From Callorhinchus milii (lineage: Eukaryota), in contig NW_024704746.1 in NCBI RefSeq assembly GCF_018977255.1, positions 1,116,001-1,180,000 of the forward strand: DNA of 64,000 bases, read 5' to 3'. The position numbers were made by a program, and so were the translations under genes. Each line of letters opens with the position of its first letter. The first letter of the stretch is position 1. Positions 38,353 to 50,598 of the stretch are shown in pieces. The notes beneath the pieces were generated by a model that searched no databases, had not been told where the DNA came from, and worked only from the letters and a program-made list of their open reading frames with translations.

Positions 38353-39874
38353 ATATCTCATAGTAACTGATTCCAAAGTGCAGTCAGTACTTTGACTTGC
38401 ATTGGATTGTCAGATGAGTCAATAGAATTGGATTTGCGACCATGAGGTTTTAGATATTAATCCTGACAGATCCACACTCCCCTCCACTCCTTCAAGGTTG
38501 ATTAAAAAAGAATATTTAATAATATCCTCATTAGGTTGAATTGGCTCCAAATGACACAATTAGACAGTAATCAAAGACACTTTGGATGGTTGACCAGCCT
38601 GTCTAGTTCATCAATGAAACTGGGAAATTCCCCCATTGAGTTACGTACTGGTAAGCTTTGTATTCTTTATTTTTCATGGCAGCAGCATTTTTTTTTACAG
38701 TTTAAGCATTTATTTGCACTAACTAACTCGCTTAGCAGCTCAGCAGGAATTTCAAAGGAGATGCCGTGTATTCAAATCTGGCTACAGTCCACTGGCCTAA
38801 AAGTCTGAGAATCTGTTCGAGTGCCATCATTGCACTGGCCATCTATTGACAAGATTGTTAACTGCAATGTAATGCCTTAGTCAAATGATTGCAAGTGTGT
38901 TTTCTGGATAAATCCATGTACTATAAGGCAGCATGAAGTAAGCACAATGCCCAATTGAACAAACAGTGTGGGAATGAAGTCGTGCGTGAAATCCCTTGAA
39001 AACTTCATGGCCCTGATTCCCAAATCTCCTGATAAACCTACTGACCTTGGAAGGTTGAACCGCCCACAGAGAAATAGACATGCCCGTGCTCCGATGGGAG
39101 TAAAATTATTCCCATCATTGGAGAATAACCCATGTGGTGTCAAAGAATGAACTAAAAGTTTGATACTTTGCTTTATAATCAGTATTTTGAACTACAGTAA
39201 ATCTCACATAAGTCATATTGTATCAGTTGGGCCCATATTTTTAATAAGATTTATGCGAAGTATGAGTTATGTCAAACGTGCATAAATTATAAACTCTTTG
39301 AACGGGATTTGGGAAGATATACGACTTAGAGCAATTATACGATTTATACAGATCAGAGCTTTTTTGAGTTTTACTGTATTCATTGTTTGTGAAGTAAGAC
39401 AACATCTTTTGTTTAATGTGTCTATGACACTGCATTCGAAAAGAGAAGGGATTCTCTCTCGGTGATCTGATCAATGATCCTCCCAAATAGGATTTGTCAT
39501 TTACTTCATGACTGATTGATTAATTAATTAATCAAATTAATTGCAGTGTTTGGACTCAAAATGCACAATCAGTACACCTTATCCTGTGAAGCAGTTTGAA
39601 AAGTCCTTCTGATTTTAAATGCTTTATATTAAATGCAAGGATTAATATTATTATTTATTATTGCCTTTAACACTGTAAAGGGACATCAATATTTGATTAC
39701 AAGATTTTTTTTGACCTAAATTGTAGTAATAATAATAATATTAATTATAATAACAATAATTCTTGCATTTGATACAGCGCTTCCTAGTAACTGATATCCC
39801 CTCCTTCCCCCCCAAATCAGGCTGGTTCAGCAATGCTCTGAAATTACCAGATATAAATCCAAACCCAACACAAA

Positions 39875-40105
39875 TTTAGAGTTATAATGCATCGCTCATT
39901 TCACGTTGGGATGACATCCCAAGACACTTAACTGCTATGGCTTGGCATGTAAGCTGGGGGTTGGGAGGATTGGAGAAGGGAAAGATGACCAAAGGCACGG
40001 TCATAAAAGAAGGTCTTGAGACAGACCTCGAAAGCGGTGAGGGTGGGAGGGAGTCGGAAGAGAATCTGGGATGGAGACTGGAACAGATAGGCTGAAAGCT
40101 CAACC
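39875..40105 (-). mobile_element. L2 3' fragment
   Basis: TTTCACGTTGGGATGACATCCCAAG hairpin; minus strand FEVCLKTFFYDRAF. Confidence 0.8.
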
Positions 40106-40559
40106 TGTAAAGAATACAACATCAAAAGCATTTACAAAATTAATTTTTGAAAAAAAGGGGTAGAAATGTTCAGTGGGAGTTGCCAATTTAAAAGTTCCAT
40201 TGGAATCTTATGGGAAATAAAGCTGTTATTAAACTTATTTTTAAATTAGGTGGTGCAAGCATAACAGCATATGTTGTTCTATGAACATAAGGAAATGAGC
40301 ATTTGAATGGAGCTGAATATTTCTTTCAAGCTAATAAAGAATAAAAATTCATAACCATTTTCTATTGACACCTGTTTTATTCATTTCCAGTGACTGAATC
40401 ATTTTAACCTTTAGTCCTCTTATGTGAGTAGGTTTTGTGCCCAGATTGCACATTATACACCAGACATGCAGTCCCAATTCCACTTGGTTATTTCAACAGT
40501 CTATGAGACTACTACAACAACAGGATAAGGCGCTAAGCATTTCATATTGTTTTCCATTT

Positions 40560-40845
40560 ACAACAACAACTTGCATTTATATAGCGCCTTTCACACAGGG
40601 CACCGTCTTGGAGTGCTTAACAGTGACGGAACCTTGCCCCCAGCCGAGGGGAGGGAGCAGGTGACTTTAAGTACAGTCGAAGAGGAAGGTCCTCAGTTGT
40701 AATCTAGAAAGGGGGGAAGGCGGATGGAATGGGGGAAGAGAGTTCCAAAGCTTTGGGGTGTAGTGGCTGAAAATGCGACCACCGATGGTGGAGCGGAGGG
40801 AAAGAGGGACAAGAGGAAGCCAAAGTCAGCCGAGCAGAGAGCAGA
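40560..40845 (-). mobile_element. L2 3' fragment
   Basis: (CAA)n, TTGCATTTATATAGCGCCTTTCAC; GAGAGTTCCAAAG and GCTGAAAATGCGACCACCGATGGT (TIGGRIFS). Confidence 0.85.
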
Positions 40846-41334
40846 AATTGCTAAAAGGCAGGAAATTATAAGCCAGAAATATTCTGTTCTACTGATATAT
40901 TTTCATGATAAATTATTAAAAATGGTTTTGGAAAGCAGATCATTATCCTGCAAATTGAAAAAAAATCAAATGGAATTGGTCAGTTCCTTTATAGTTGACA
41001 TAATAATTCAGACTATGGCATTCTCCGTAACGAACATTCCTCTCCAGTTAACATTTAGTCATGATAATGGAAACTGACATTCAGTTACTCTCTTTATAAC
41101 CGGAAGTGGCTTTGAGAGTTATAACTGGAGAGACGTCCCTCCCTTTGTCTGTTACCTTGTTTAACTGCTATTTTCATGGTAACTATGGAAATTGAGTTAT
41201 CATGGGTAACTAAAGGTGAAATCCATATCGACAGCTTTGGAAGCATGTTGGTGGACTTTTTGGTACATAACGGAATCACGTGTTTCTGCTTGTTTAGTGT
41301 AACAGTATAGTGTACTCGGTGCTTGTTGTGTTTT

Positions 41335-41475
41335 AAATGTTAAATGATAGCTGGCTTATTATTTGTGGGATTCAATTGATAGTTTGGGACCCAACCTATG
41401 CAAGCGACTGCCTGGATGGTGGAAGGCGAACTGGATGGACCTTGGTTTTCTTTCACCAGAAAACTCTTATGTTCT
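41335..41475 (+). mobile_element. CR1-type 3' end (second family)
   Basis: GCAAGCGACTGCC..GTGGAAGGCGAACTGGATGGACCTTGG..TCTTATGTTCT; homologous to 42040-42156. Confidence 0.65.
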
Positions 41476-41905
41476 GATATTCTATTGACTGTAGAACATA
41501 AAATTTTAGAAGTTCTGAGATTCTGAAGTACCTTCTCCAAAACACACACAGTGGGGGACAGGCTGTAAAATTAATTGAGATCAAAAGTGACCTGTTTCAA
41601 GATCCCACAGCATTATTTGAAAAGAAGGGAGTTTTCATAGTAACTAACGGAGTGAAGCAGGTCAGCTCTGAAAGGGGAAAGATATTTTTAAAGAGTTGAA
41701 AGGGGACAGAGGCAGGAAGGTTATACATTCCTTGGAACACTCCCTTGTAGTTTATTCTGGCACTCAGCTGTGTGTCTCAGGAGGCTGTTACCACAGGCTA
41801 TAAACTCACAGAAAGAAAAAATAATATTTCAAAAGAAATACTCCGATGCACGTAAAATAAGGAGTAGCCCAGTATCTCCCTGCAAAGCAAAACTAAATAA
41901 CACCA

Positions 41906-41972
41906 GAGTCATAGAAGGTTACAGCACAGAAACAGGCCATTCAGCCATTCAGCCCATTAAGTCTGCACCGAT
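41906..41972 (-). mobile_element. CR1-type tail fragment
   Basis: AGAGTCATAGAAGGTTACAGCACAGAAACAGGCCATTCAGCC. Confidence 0.65.
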
Positions 41973-42039
41973 GCTTTTAGAATAATAATCCTTGCATTTC
42001 GTCTAGCATCCCTTATGTTCTTATCTTTTAGGAAATAAC

Positions 42040-42156
42040 ATTATGGGATACAGTGCCTAGGTGGTTCAGGACATATGTGCAAGCGACCGCCAGGAAAGTG
42101 GAAGGCGAACTAGATGGACCTTGGTCTTTTTTCGTCTCACATTTCTTATGTTCTTA
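42040..42156 (+). mobile_element. CR1-type 3' end (second family)
   Basis: GTGGAAGGCGAACTAGATGGACCTTGGTCTTTTTTCGTC..TTCTTATGTTCTTA octamer tail. Confidence 0.7.
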
Positions 42157-42530
42157 CTTGATTCAGTGCATTTGCAGAAGGACTTCTCAAAGCGTTTCAC
42201 AGGATTCACTGTAAAGTCTATGTAAAATCATATGTAAAGTCTATGTAATTTTGTAGGTGTTTTCCACATGAGCCAGCTAGCCTGACTCTTCCATATTAAA
42301 TGTTCCAATTTTACAATATTGCAATCTTTCACTATTCCTTTTTTTTCCAATCAGCTAATCCAGTTCCTTGTTAGCTCGTTTACAAGAGGGCAAGAGGACT
42401 ATTTCAGAAAGAGGAGGAATGAATCCAAGAAGCGAAGACTAATCAGAGGCACTCTTCTGGCAGCTTACACAACCTTGGGATGGAGGGACAGAGCGATCGA
42501 CAGATAGAGAAATAATGTGAGTACCAGAGA

Positions 42531-42841
42531 AATAATAATAATAATCCTTGCATTTGATATAGTGCTTTTCACATCTTCTTGACATCTCAAAGCGCTTCAC
42601 AGAATATGCTGTAAAGTGAATTGACTGTATATTTGTGGGCGAAATGTAGCAGCCAAATGTGCACAGCAGCGTCCCACAAACAGTCGTGGATTGAAAATTT
42701 TATATTTTTTTGTTATGGAGGGATTATTATTAGGCTCTGTGTGGAGTAAGGAAACTTGCCCAAGGTTTCGCCCTACCTGGAATTCAACCCAGGTGTCTCG
42801 CTTGCTAGACGAGCGCTCTAACCACTGAGCTACAGGACTCC
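42531..42841 (-). mobile_element. tRNA-derived SINE family A with internal deletion
   Basis: Head GGAGTCCTGTAGCTCAGTGGTTAGAGCGCTC; deletion near 42730; intact tail. Confidence 0.9.
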
Positions 42842-43429
42842 ACAGCAACCACAGAGAAGGTAGCTAACCAACTCATTTTCATTCCGTGTTCTGAAATGCT
42901 TCACCCTTGCTCAGGAGCCAGCCATTGGTTTGGGCGTGACTATGTATATATATATATATTTTATTTTTGTACCTTCAGAAAGCATATTTTTATTTTTGTT
43001 GGCAAAGTTTTCTGCTGAAATTTAAGCTGCTTAATGAACACTTCACACTGCAAACATTCTGGTGCCAAGGTATTCACTCATTTAATGATTGGTGAAGTGC
43101 ATGTGTGAAATGTGAGCACAGCTGTGTGTAGTGAGATGCCTTATGAATCCCCACCTCTCCCACTCCCACACCCATCCCCCAAATGAGCAGGTTTCAATCC
43201 AACTAAGAGAGGCAACACAGGCAAGAGGAGGCCTATTGCCTGTGTGTGCAATTATCCCAGATGTGATAATAATATTCTTTGCATGTGCTTACTTGCCTTA
43301 TAATGTTTAAATGTCTTGAAGCACCCAATAAGTAATTTCTGCCAAGCTAAATGACTGTGCATTTGCAGCAAACGGAATAGCTGATTTGCTGAGCAAAGTT
43401 TTGTTGACAGCAACAAAATGAACGTTCAC

Positions 43430-43600
43430 TGGTTGGCCAGGGAAATGGGAGAAACTCCCTGTTCTATTCAGTGCCACATGTTGAGGTTCCAGCATAATGT
43501 CTCATCTGAATGATGGCACCTACAACAATGCGCCACTCCTCCAACTATTTCACTGGATCATTAGCCTGGGTTATGATATGAGCTAAATTCCTAATGAGCC
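43430..43600 (-). mobile_element. DeuSINE fragment
   Basis: TTGGCCAGGG..GGGAGAAACTCCC; GTCTCATCTGAATGATGGCACC. Confidence 0.65.
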
Positions 43601-43692
43601 CACAGTGAATTGACTCCATATTTTTTGGGTGAAATGCAGCAGTAAATTCCACACTGGAATGTCATGGAATGAGTGACTGAATTATTTAATGT

Positions 43693-43830
43693 TCAACAAC
43701 AACAACAAATTCCATTTACACAGCGCCTTTCACATCGGAAGGATGTCCCAATCAGGACAACCAGTAACCCGAGGGGTGGAGGGCAGGAAGGGTGGGGGTA
43801 CGAGGGTGACCGAAGGCGTGGTCGAAGAAT
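43693..43830 (-). mobile_element. L2 3' tail
   Basis: (CAA)n then AGCGCCTTTCACATCGGAAGGATGTCCCAA. Confidence 0.8.
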
Positions 43831-44559
43831 TCAGTCCAACAAGTTCAACTTCTTTTTTCAAACTACAAGCTTGATGAGCCAAATGGCCTTTTCCGTTCCC
43901 TGGTTAATTTTTCCTTGCATGTTCTTCCTCAGCTGCACATCATAGCTCACTTCTGCAAAATCTGGAAATATCGCCACCCTTTTTGTAATCCTTTCCACAT
44001 TCCATGTTTGCTCTCACTAACGTGTCATGTTATGTGTTACAATCACTTCATCAGTCTTGTTCACGGCTCTGCTCATTCGTCTCTGCATTTTATTAGCTTT
44101 TAAAATTCTGACCCTAAAGCGTCACCTTTACACATTTAATATTGTGATCAATGTTTATATCCAGATCTTTTTCATGACTCCCTTCACCAAACAATGGTAG
44201 CTTTCATTTCACAATTCAGAACCACATCTGTCATTTTGCTTTTCTTTCTTACAATACGTGAAATAATTAATTATTGTGAATAATTGTTGTATATAATTGC
44301 AGCAGATACAGCAATGACAAATTATTATTATTTTAAGTATAAATGATTAGATAATACTGTGTGTGCTAATTCTAATTATAATTTATGTCATCTAAGAATT
44401 ATCACATGTAGTGATCCCAGATAAAGTTATAAAATAGTCCTTGCATTTGAGACAGCGCATTTCACATCAGGAGAACGTTTCACAGCACTTCCCAGAATTT
44501 CACTGTGCGGCGATACTTCAGGATGCAATCAAGAACAGCCAATGGTCAGTGCTTTCATA

Positions 44560-44760
44560 TCAACAACAATAATTTAGATTTACATAGCATCCTTCACACG
44601 GGGCAGCATCACAGAGTGTTTAACAGTGGCAGAGAGTGACTCTGAGCCTGAGGAAGGGAAGAGATGACTATAGGCACGATCAAAGAGAAAGGTCTTCAGT
44701 CGTGATCTAAAAGAGGGGAAGGAATAGGCAATATAGAGGATAGAGGGACAGACTATCAGG
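44560..44760 (-). mobile_element. L2 3' fragment
   Basis: (CAA)n; minus strand SFRSRLKTFLFDRAY. Confidence 0.8.
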
Positions 44761-45017
44761 ATGTCATCGGTGATCAGTAACGTCACACGACTAGTGATGT
44801 TGCTGAAAGCACAACCCCATCTGTTTACAAGCAAAACAGCGTTAAAGAAAAGCACATTGTTATACTCTCAGCGCACCAATGCTACCCCGAGGGAAGGGTA
44901 CAATATAAATGCAAATTGTTGTTGTTGTAGTTGTTGTACACCTATCTTATATTCCATCCCTGGAACGTCACCGACTGTCTAACAGTTTTTTCTCTCTGAG
45001 CCTGAACATCCTACACA

Positions 45018-45256
45018 CATTAAATACAAACAGAACTGTCTGGGAACACTCAGTAGGTTAGGCAGCATCTATGGAGAGAGGAAAGTGAGTTAACGTTTCA
45101 GGTCGATGACCTTTCGTCATGTCGATGACCTTTAGTTGACAAAAGGTTAACGTTAACTCACGTTCCTCTCTCCATAGATGCTGCCTGACCTACTGACTGT
45201 TCCCAGAGCCTTTTGTTTTTATTTCAGATTTCTAGCATCTGCAGTATTTTGCCTTT
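45018..45256 (+). mobile_element. Penelope-like palindromic remnant
   Basis: About 70-bp inverted arms (45027-45097 and 45149-45220), truncated hammerhead motif TGACGAAAGGTCATCGACCTGAAACGTTAACT on the minus strand, one-sided tail 45221-45253, flanks ATCCTACACA/ATCCTATACA. Confidence 0.75.
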
Positions 45257-46179
45257 ATCCTATACAGCTTGGTAGGTAATACACATCCTACCTGCTTTGT
45301 GCATCCACAGCCAGTTGGAGATTTTAGGCTTCATTTAAGGCACACTCGAAATATGCATCAAACAGTCAACCATTGGCTCAACACTGACAGTTACTCATCA
45401 GCTATTCTTTAAATCAAGACGATAAAAATGACAGTCGCTGAAAAAGCTAGTGTGGTTGTGATTTACCAAGTATCACTGCAAACAGTCTGCACTGTACCAG
45501 TGAAATCAAGAAGGGCTCCATCATTTATCCATCTATCACAAATGTCCTTCTGTAATGCAGCCTGTCATCCCATTGCTACTTAAACTAATAGCAGCGTTTA
45601 TAAAATGGAAGCAGAGCATCCTTAAACCTAGGTCGTGCACTGAAGACCGAGGCAGTTGGATTGAAAATAATTGGTATTTTCAGTGTTGATCCTTCCCAAT
45701 GCTTGTTGCTGATTTCAAACAAGAGAAAAACATCAAACGTATGCCACCCTGTGCCCTGCTGACCAAATCCTAAATCTGTCAGATGTGGCTGCAGGTAATA
45801 GATTGGTAATAGCTCTATAAGTAAGTGTAACGGTTTCAAATTTAAAGCGTAACTTTGATGGAAGGAGTCCTACATTTGTAAATGAGTGATGGATGGTATA
45901 AGCATATAATATTTCCAACCCATGTTCCATTTCTGATCGCGTATAGTAACTGTACACTGCACACTTACATATTTCTATAAACCTTCAGGTTCCATGGGCT
46001 ATGTGTTATTTTAAGCCATTTTCAAGATTCGGAATCCAATGGTCCACATGTCCTTGAGTTGTTCCGTTTACCGAGCTGACTTTATTCACTGCACACTTGC
46101 ACACTTCCATTTACACTGCATAGGTCATTCTGCATCAATAGAGTCTGCTTTACACATCATTCACACGCTGGATCCATTC

Positions 46180-46347
46180 ACATCTTCAAGACTGAGATGG
46201 ATAGCTATTTGTTAAGTCAGGGTATTAAGGGATATGGGGCAAGGGCCGGTAATTGGAGTTGGAGATACAAATCAGCCATCATCTTATAGAATGCAGAACA
46301 GGCTCGAGGGGCTGAATGGCCACCTCGTGTTTCTATGTTTCTATGTG
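46180..46347 (+). mobile_element. CR1 3' end
   Basis: IFKTEMDSYLLSQGIKGY, GGCTCGAGGGGCTGAATGGCC hairpin region, (TTTCTATG)n tail. Confidence 0.85.
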
Positions 46348-46440
46348 TCTCTATTTCATTCTACAGCTGGCATTGTATCTGCCAGTGAGTTGCGTGTCTT
46401 TAGAAATATATCATAGCAGTCTCAGGATATCACATTAGAT

Positions 46441-46510
46441 CAGTGGTGGCCAACCCATGGCCTGTGGGCCGGAAGTGGCCCATGGGGACATCAGGGAAGT
46501 CCCCCCCAAC
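46441..46510 (+). mobile_element. hAT (Charlie-like) DNA transposon/MITE terminus, other end not seen
   Basis: CAGTGGTGGCCAACCCATGGCCTGTGGGCCGGAAGTGGCCC resembles MER58-type ends (CAGGGGT..CAA..TGGCCCGCGGGCC); preceded by ATTAGAT. Confidence 0.5.
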
Positions 46511-47943
46511 CCGGAACATTTGCACAAGTCTAGGTAAGTCTATATCTATATAGATTGGCGGATCACTTTCCGGGGGTATTTAATCCCTAAAAAATATATA
46601 TTATTAATAATAATTTATCAATCATACCTGTTTGTGGGACACTGCTGTGTGCAATTGATGACAGCGCAGCCACCCTGGCTCATTGGCAGGATCAGGAAGG
46701 GCAGACCAGTCATTGGGGGTAGGGAGTCATTCCACTCAACTCGTACTAACCCTGGCAGCCAAAGCCCAAACAGGCAGGATTATCCTAGCTGGACAAGCTT
46801 GCCAGACAGTGATATCAATGGCAAGCTATGTGGGTTTTGTTTTAGGAAGCTTTAAGAGACAACATTAAAGATTAAAGAGCGGCAGCATTTTTTTATCGGG
46901 AAAATAAAAAAAAATTCAGTCTCAAGCTTTGAATTGTTCTGCTGATAGAAGAAATATATTATGCCGGAGGTATAAGCCTGGCTTTAAAGTCCTTAATAAA
47001 ATGAGAGCACTATAAGACAGATTTAAAATTCTGATCCAAGGCACCATGTGGTCTTGCTGCCTTTTTTAATTAGTATTTGTTGACTTTCATCCGAATCAAG
47101 CCCAGTGCAATCACACGACTTTATATAACAGCAAACCTTTCATTAACCTTCGCTTTATTCTGTGTTTACAGTTGTACACATAGTAACTCCTTTTATCCCG
47201 GAGGTTTCACCGTAGTGCACATAAACTTGGATTTTTATGTAAACACCTGTTAAGTGTATATTATTGCTGTGTCTATATATATGTATATATATATATATAA
47301 CATAACACAGCAGGAGTGTACGCAAGAGGATTTGGTTGTAGAAAGCACTTTGAGCAATAGGTTTCAGTTTCTTGCTCAGACATCTCATTTACATCTTTTA
47401 AGCAGACATTTTGCTGCCTTGACAGTCTGGTTGCATACCAGCAATATTTGTTCAGCATCCTCCACACTGTTATGGCTCAATCAATCTCAGGAGCGGTGCA
47501 TACATGCGTAAGATGATGACAAATCCAAGTTAGCAAAGGATGGTACGCTTGTCCATGACAGTATTTTGCTTCCCAGGACTCTGTACCGGCATCTCCCCAA
47601 CAAGAGGGCAAGAGGTCTGGTGTTTCTCAACCTCACCATGGGTTGGAGGGAGGGGGTGGGTGGTATCAATATAGCTTAACATGGATATGGGGTGCAGCTG
47701 GTTACTACAGGAAAGAGGAAGGGGCAAGCAGGCCACTCGCACTGTAATTGGCTTTTTTGTTTGCGCACGGGCACTTCTAATGTGGACAAATCTCCATGAG
47801 AAAACACAAAATAGCACCTGTTGAGACAACTTAACCTTCAGAAAAGGGCAAACTCACTCACGATTGGGCTGTGAGCGTAAATAAGGCGATAGAATCCTCT
47901 GTGCATTTCTGGAAGGAGTGTGTGTTTTATTCCAGGCCATAGC

Positions 47944-48172
47944 CATAGGAAAATAGGAACATAAAAACAGGAGTAGGCCATTCAGCCCCTCAAGCCTGTT
48001 CCGCCATTCTATTAGGTCATGGTTGATCTATATTCCTCAACTGCAAATACCCGTCCTTGTCCCTTGATACCCTGACCCAGCAAAAATCTATCCACCTCAG
48101 TCTTTGAATGGATCACAACCCTTTGAGGGAGAGAGTTCCAGATTTTTTGGGGGGAGAGAGTTCCAGATTTAG
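47944..48172 (-). mobile_element. CR1 3' end
   Basis: CATAGGAA..CAGGAGTAGGCCATTCAGCCCCTCAAGCCTG; minus strand IWNSLPQRVV..KTEVDRFLLGQGIKG; small internal duplication GGGAGAGAGTTCCAGATTT. Confidence 0.85.
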
Positions 48173-48928
48173 CCATAGGCCTTACAGTGCCCTGAATCCA
48201 TAGACTGAGGGAATGGGAGTAATGAATAGCACACATTGTCCCCACAGCTTTGATACATCAGTCAGTAGCCTCACTGACAGACTAGTTAATCTTTCAGTGT
48301 TGCCTTTTCAAAAGACAAACAGAGTAGATAAATCTAGAGCACAGCCACATCCCCTCCCATAGGAAGTCTCACTGCATGGTCAATTCTTTTGGTCAAAGAA
48401 AACAGCAAACTAATTTACAAGGTAAATCATTTTGACTTATCTTAAAGGGTGGCATGATGTTAAGTGACAGTATCACTGGAGCGCAGTAAATGGGGTCTAC
48501 CAGAAAAAATGTTTTCTTTCTCACCATGTAGAATCAATCGATCAGACAGGATGTACGCGTCTTAATTTAATTTTGCACAATAATTTCAATGATCCCACAG
48601 CTGATACTTTATGTTCGACTCGTAAATACCTGAAGTGCGGCTTTAAGCAACTGGGCTCTGGAATTTTCTGTCTATTTACAGAATCGCTAATTGTGCTTCC
48701 TCGGCAACATGTCAACAGTAATGTAATGTGCGTTAACCCTTGTGGCATTGGTCAGATGCTTTGAATGATTCCAAAGCACTGGTTGCAAATCTGATGGGCT
48801 TTTTAAGAGCCTGGGAGGAGATTGGACTCAAAGCCAGGAGTGAGGCATTGAGACTCATCCTTCACAGCCAAAGTTTTGGGCACTACCCTACACCTCTCTG
48901 GAACTCTTTCCCCCACCAAAACAAATGC

Positions 48929-49272
48929 GGAGTCCCGAGAGCACTCACATTGCAAGCAAGTGAGCCCGAGTTCCATTCCCAGGCAGGGCGAAATTTTAAG
49001 CAAGTTTCCTTACTCAACAATCCTCTGTTTACCTAGCAGTAAGTAGGAAACCGTCTTTTAGTCAATTGACGCATTACTCTTCCGGGTAATAATTCCTCCA
49101 AAAACAAATAACGACTGTTTGTGGGGACGCTGCTGTGCGCAATTGGCTGCCACGTTTCACCCACAAAACAGTCAATTCGCTTCACAGTACATTCTGTGAG
49201 GCGCTTTTCACATCTCAACAACGTAATAAGAGGCTATATCAAATGCAAGGATTATCTATTATTAGTATTATT
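48929..49272 (+). mobile_element. tRNA-derived SINE family A lacking the A box
   Basis: GGAGTCCCG joined directly to AGAGCACTC; remainder matches the family. Confidence 0.88.
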
Positions 49273-49432
49273 GTAAAATCCCTTTGCCTTAGTCCTTCTC
49301 TCCCAGGCTTCAAAGCCTTATTAAAAACCTTACTCTCTGATCTTGGTCAATATTCTCAAATGCTTCTGCTCCTTACTATTCCTGTCCCCACTGCTTCAGA
49401 ATTTAGGACAAGCACCATTCCCTTCCTATCAC

Positions 49433-49525
49433 AACATTACATAGAATTACATAGAATATGCAGCACAGAAATAGGACATTCGGACCAACTGGTCTATGCT
49501 GGCTTTTATGCTCCACATGAGCCAA
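49433..49525 (-). mobile_element. CR1-type tail fragment
   Basis: (ATTACATAGA)2..CAGCACAGAAATAGGACATTCGGACC..TATGCTCCACATGAGCC. Confidence 0.65.
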
Positions 49526-49787
49526 CATGATCATATTGTGGAAAATAGTTGTTATTTCTTGAAAGAAAATTATCGTTTGCCAACAAATACAGTTGTTACA
49601 ATTTTCAAAAAATCATGTAAATTATGTGAATTATGTGAATTGATTACCCGATAAGGCACTATATGAAATGCAATTATTATTACTCATAATAATTATTGCA
49701 TAATAATAATAATTCCCTTATCCACGCACCCAGTTAAAAAGGTACTGGCATTCAGAGTATATCATTCAGAGAATAAATAATAATAAC

Positions 49788-49956
49788 TGAGTCACCCAAT
49801 CCATAACTGTTTCTGGGATACTACTGTGCGCAATTGGCTGCTGCATTTCGCCCACAAAATACACAGTCACATTACAATATATTCTGTGAAGTGCTTTGAG
49901 ATGTTGCAATGGCATGATAAGGTGTGCAAAATTATATGCAAAATTATTATTATTAT
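49788..49956 (+). mobile_element. SINE A 3' half
   Basis: CTGTGCGCAATTGGCTGCTGCATTTCGCCCACAAAATACACAGTCAC... Confidence 0.82.
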
Positions 49957-50046
49957 ATCAGGGTAACAAGGATGATACAGGAGATTAGAACAAAAGAGAA
50001 GAGTATCTGATCTGTTGTAAAACTGAACCTGTCAATATACAGTGAA

Positions 50047-50598
50047 AATAAATAATAATAATCCTTGCATTTGTTAATGGTACCTTACATATTGACAGAT
50101 GTCTCAAAGCACTTTGCAGAATTTACTGTCATGTGTGGTGACTGTATTTGTAGGCAAACATGGCAGCCAATTTATACATGGCATGTCTCACAAACAGCCA
50201 TGAAGCGTATCATTAATTTTATCTGGGGGATTGTCAGCCAGGACACCTGGAAAGAGGAAAACTCCCTTCTCTTTTCAAATAGTTTCACAGGATCTTTAAC
50301 ATCCACTTGAACTAGCAAGGACGGGACTTCGGTTTGACATCTCATCTGAAACAACAACAACAACAACAAGATTCCATTTATAGAGCGCCTTTCACGTCCC
50401 AAGGCGCTGGAAGCCAGCATCTTTGACAATGCAGCACCCATTATAGTGTCAGTTTAGGCTGTGTGAGCTCACAGTCCCAATGTGGGGCTTGAACCCACAA
50501 CTATCTGACTCAAAGCCAAGTGTGATACTGAAATCTACCTGGATGCTCCCCCTTGTGAAGGGCACTATATAAATGAAAGTTGTCTGAGCCAGGCTGAC
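50047..50598 (-). mobile_element. DeuSINE, full length, carrying two L2-tail insertions (50351-50409 and about 50530-50583)
   Basis: TTA tail, Deu domain, GGGGCTTGAACCCACAAC, CTGAGCCAGGCTGAC. Confidence 0.88.
50351..50409 (-). mobile_element. Isolated L2 3' tail (short-hairpin variant) inserted in a DeuSINE
   Basis: (ACA)n AGATTCCATTTATAGAGCGCCTTTCACGTCCCAAGGCGCTG, flanked by GAA on both sides. Confidence 0.85.

Noticed and set aside
42212-42250. Short local duplications (also 14455-14486, 12632-12655, 49615-49640)
   Set aside because: Typical slippage products with no further structure.
45027-45220. DNA-transposon MITE interpretation of the palindromic elements
   Set aside because: Asymmetric ends, variable 10-17 bp flanking repeats, variable centres and a hammerhead core fit a Penelope-like origin better.
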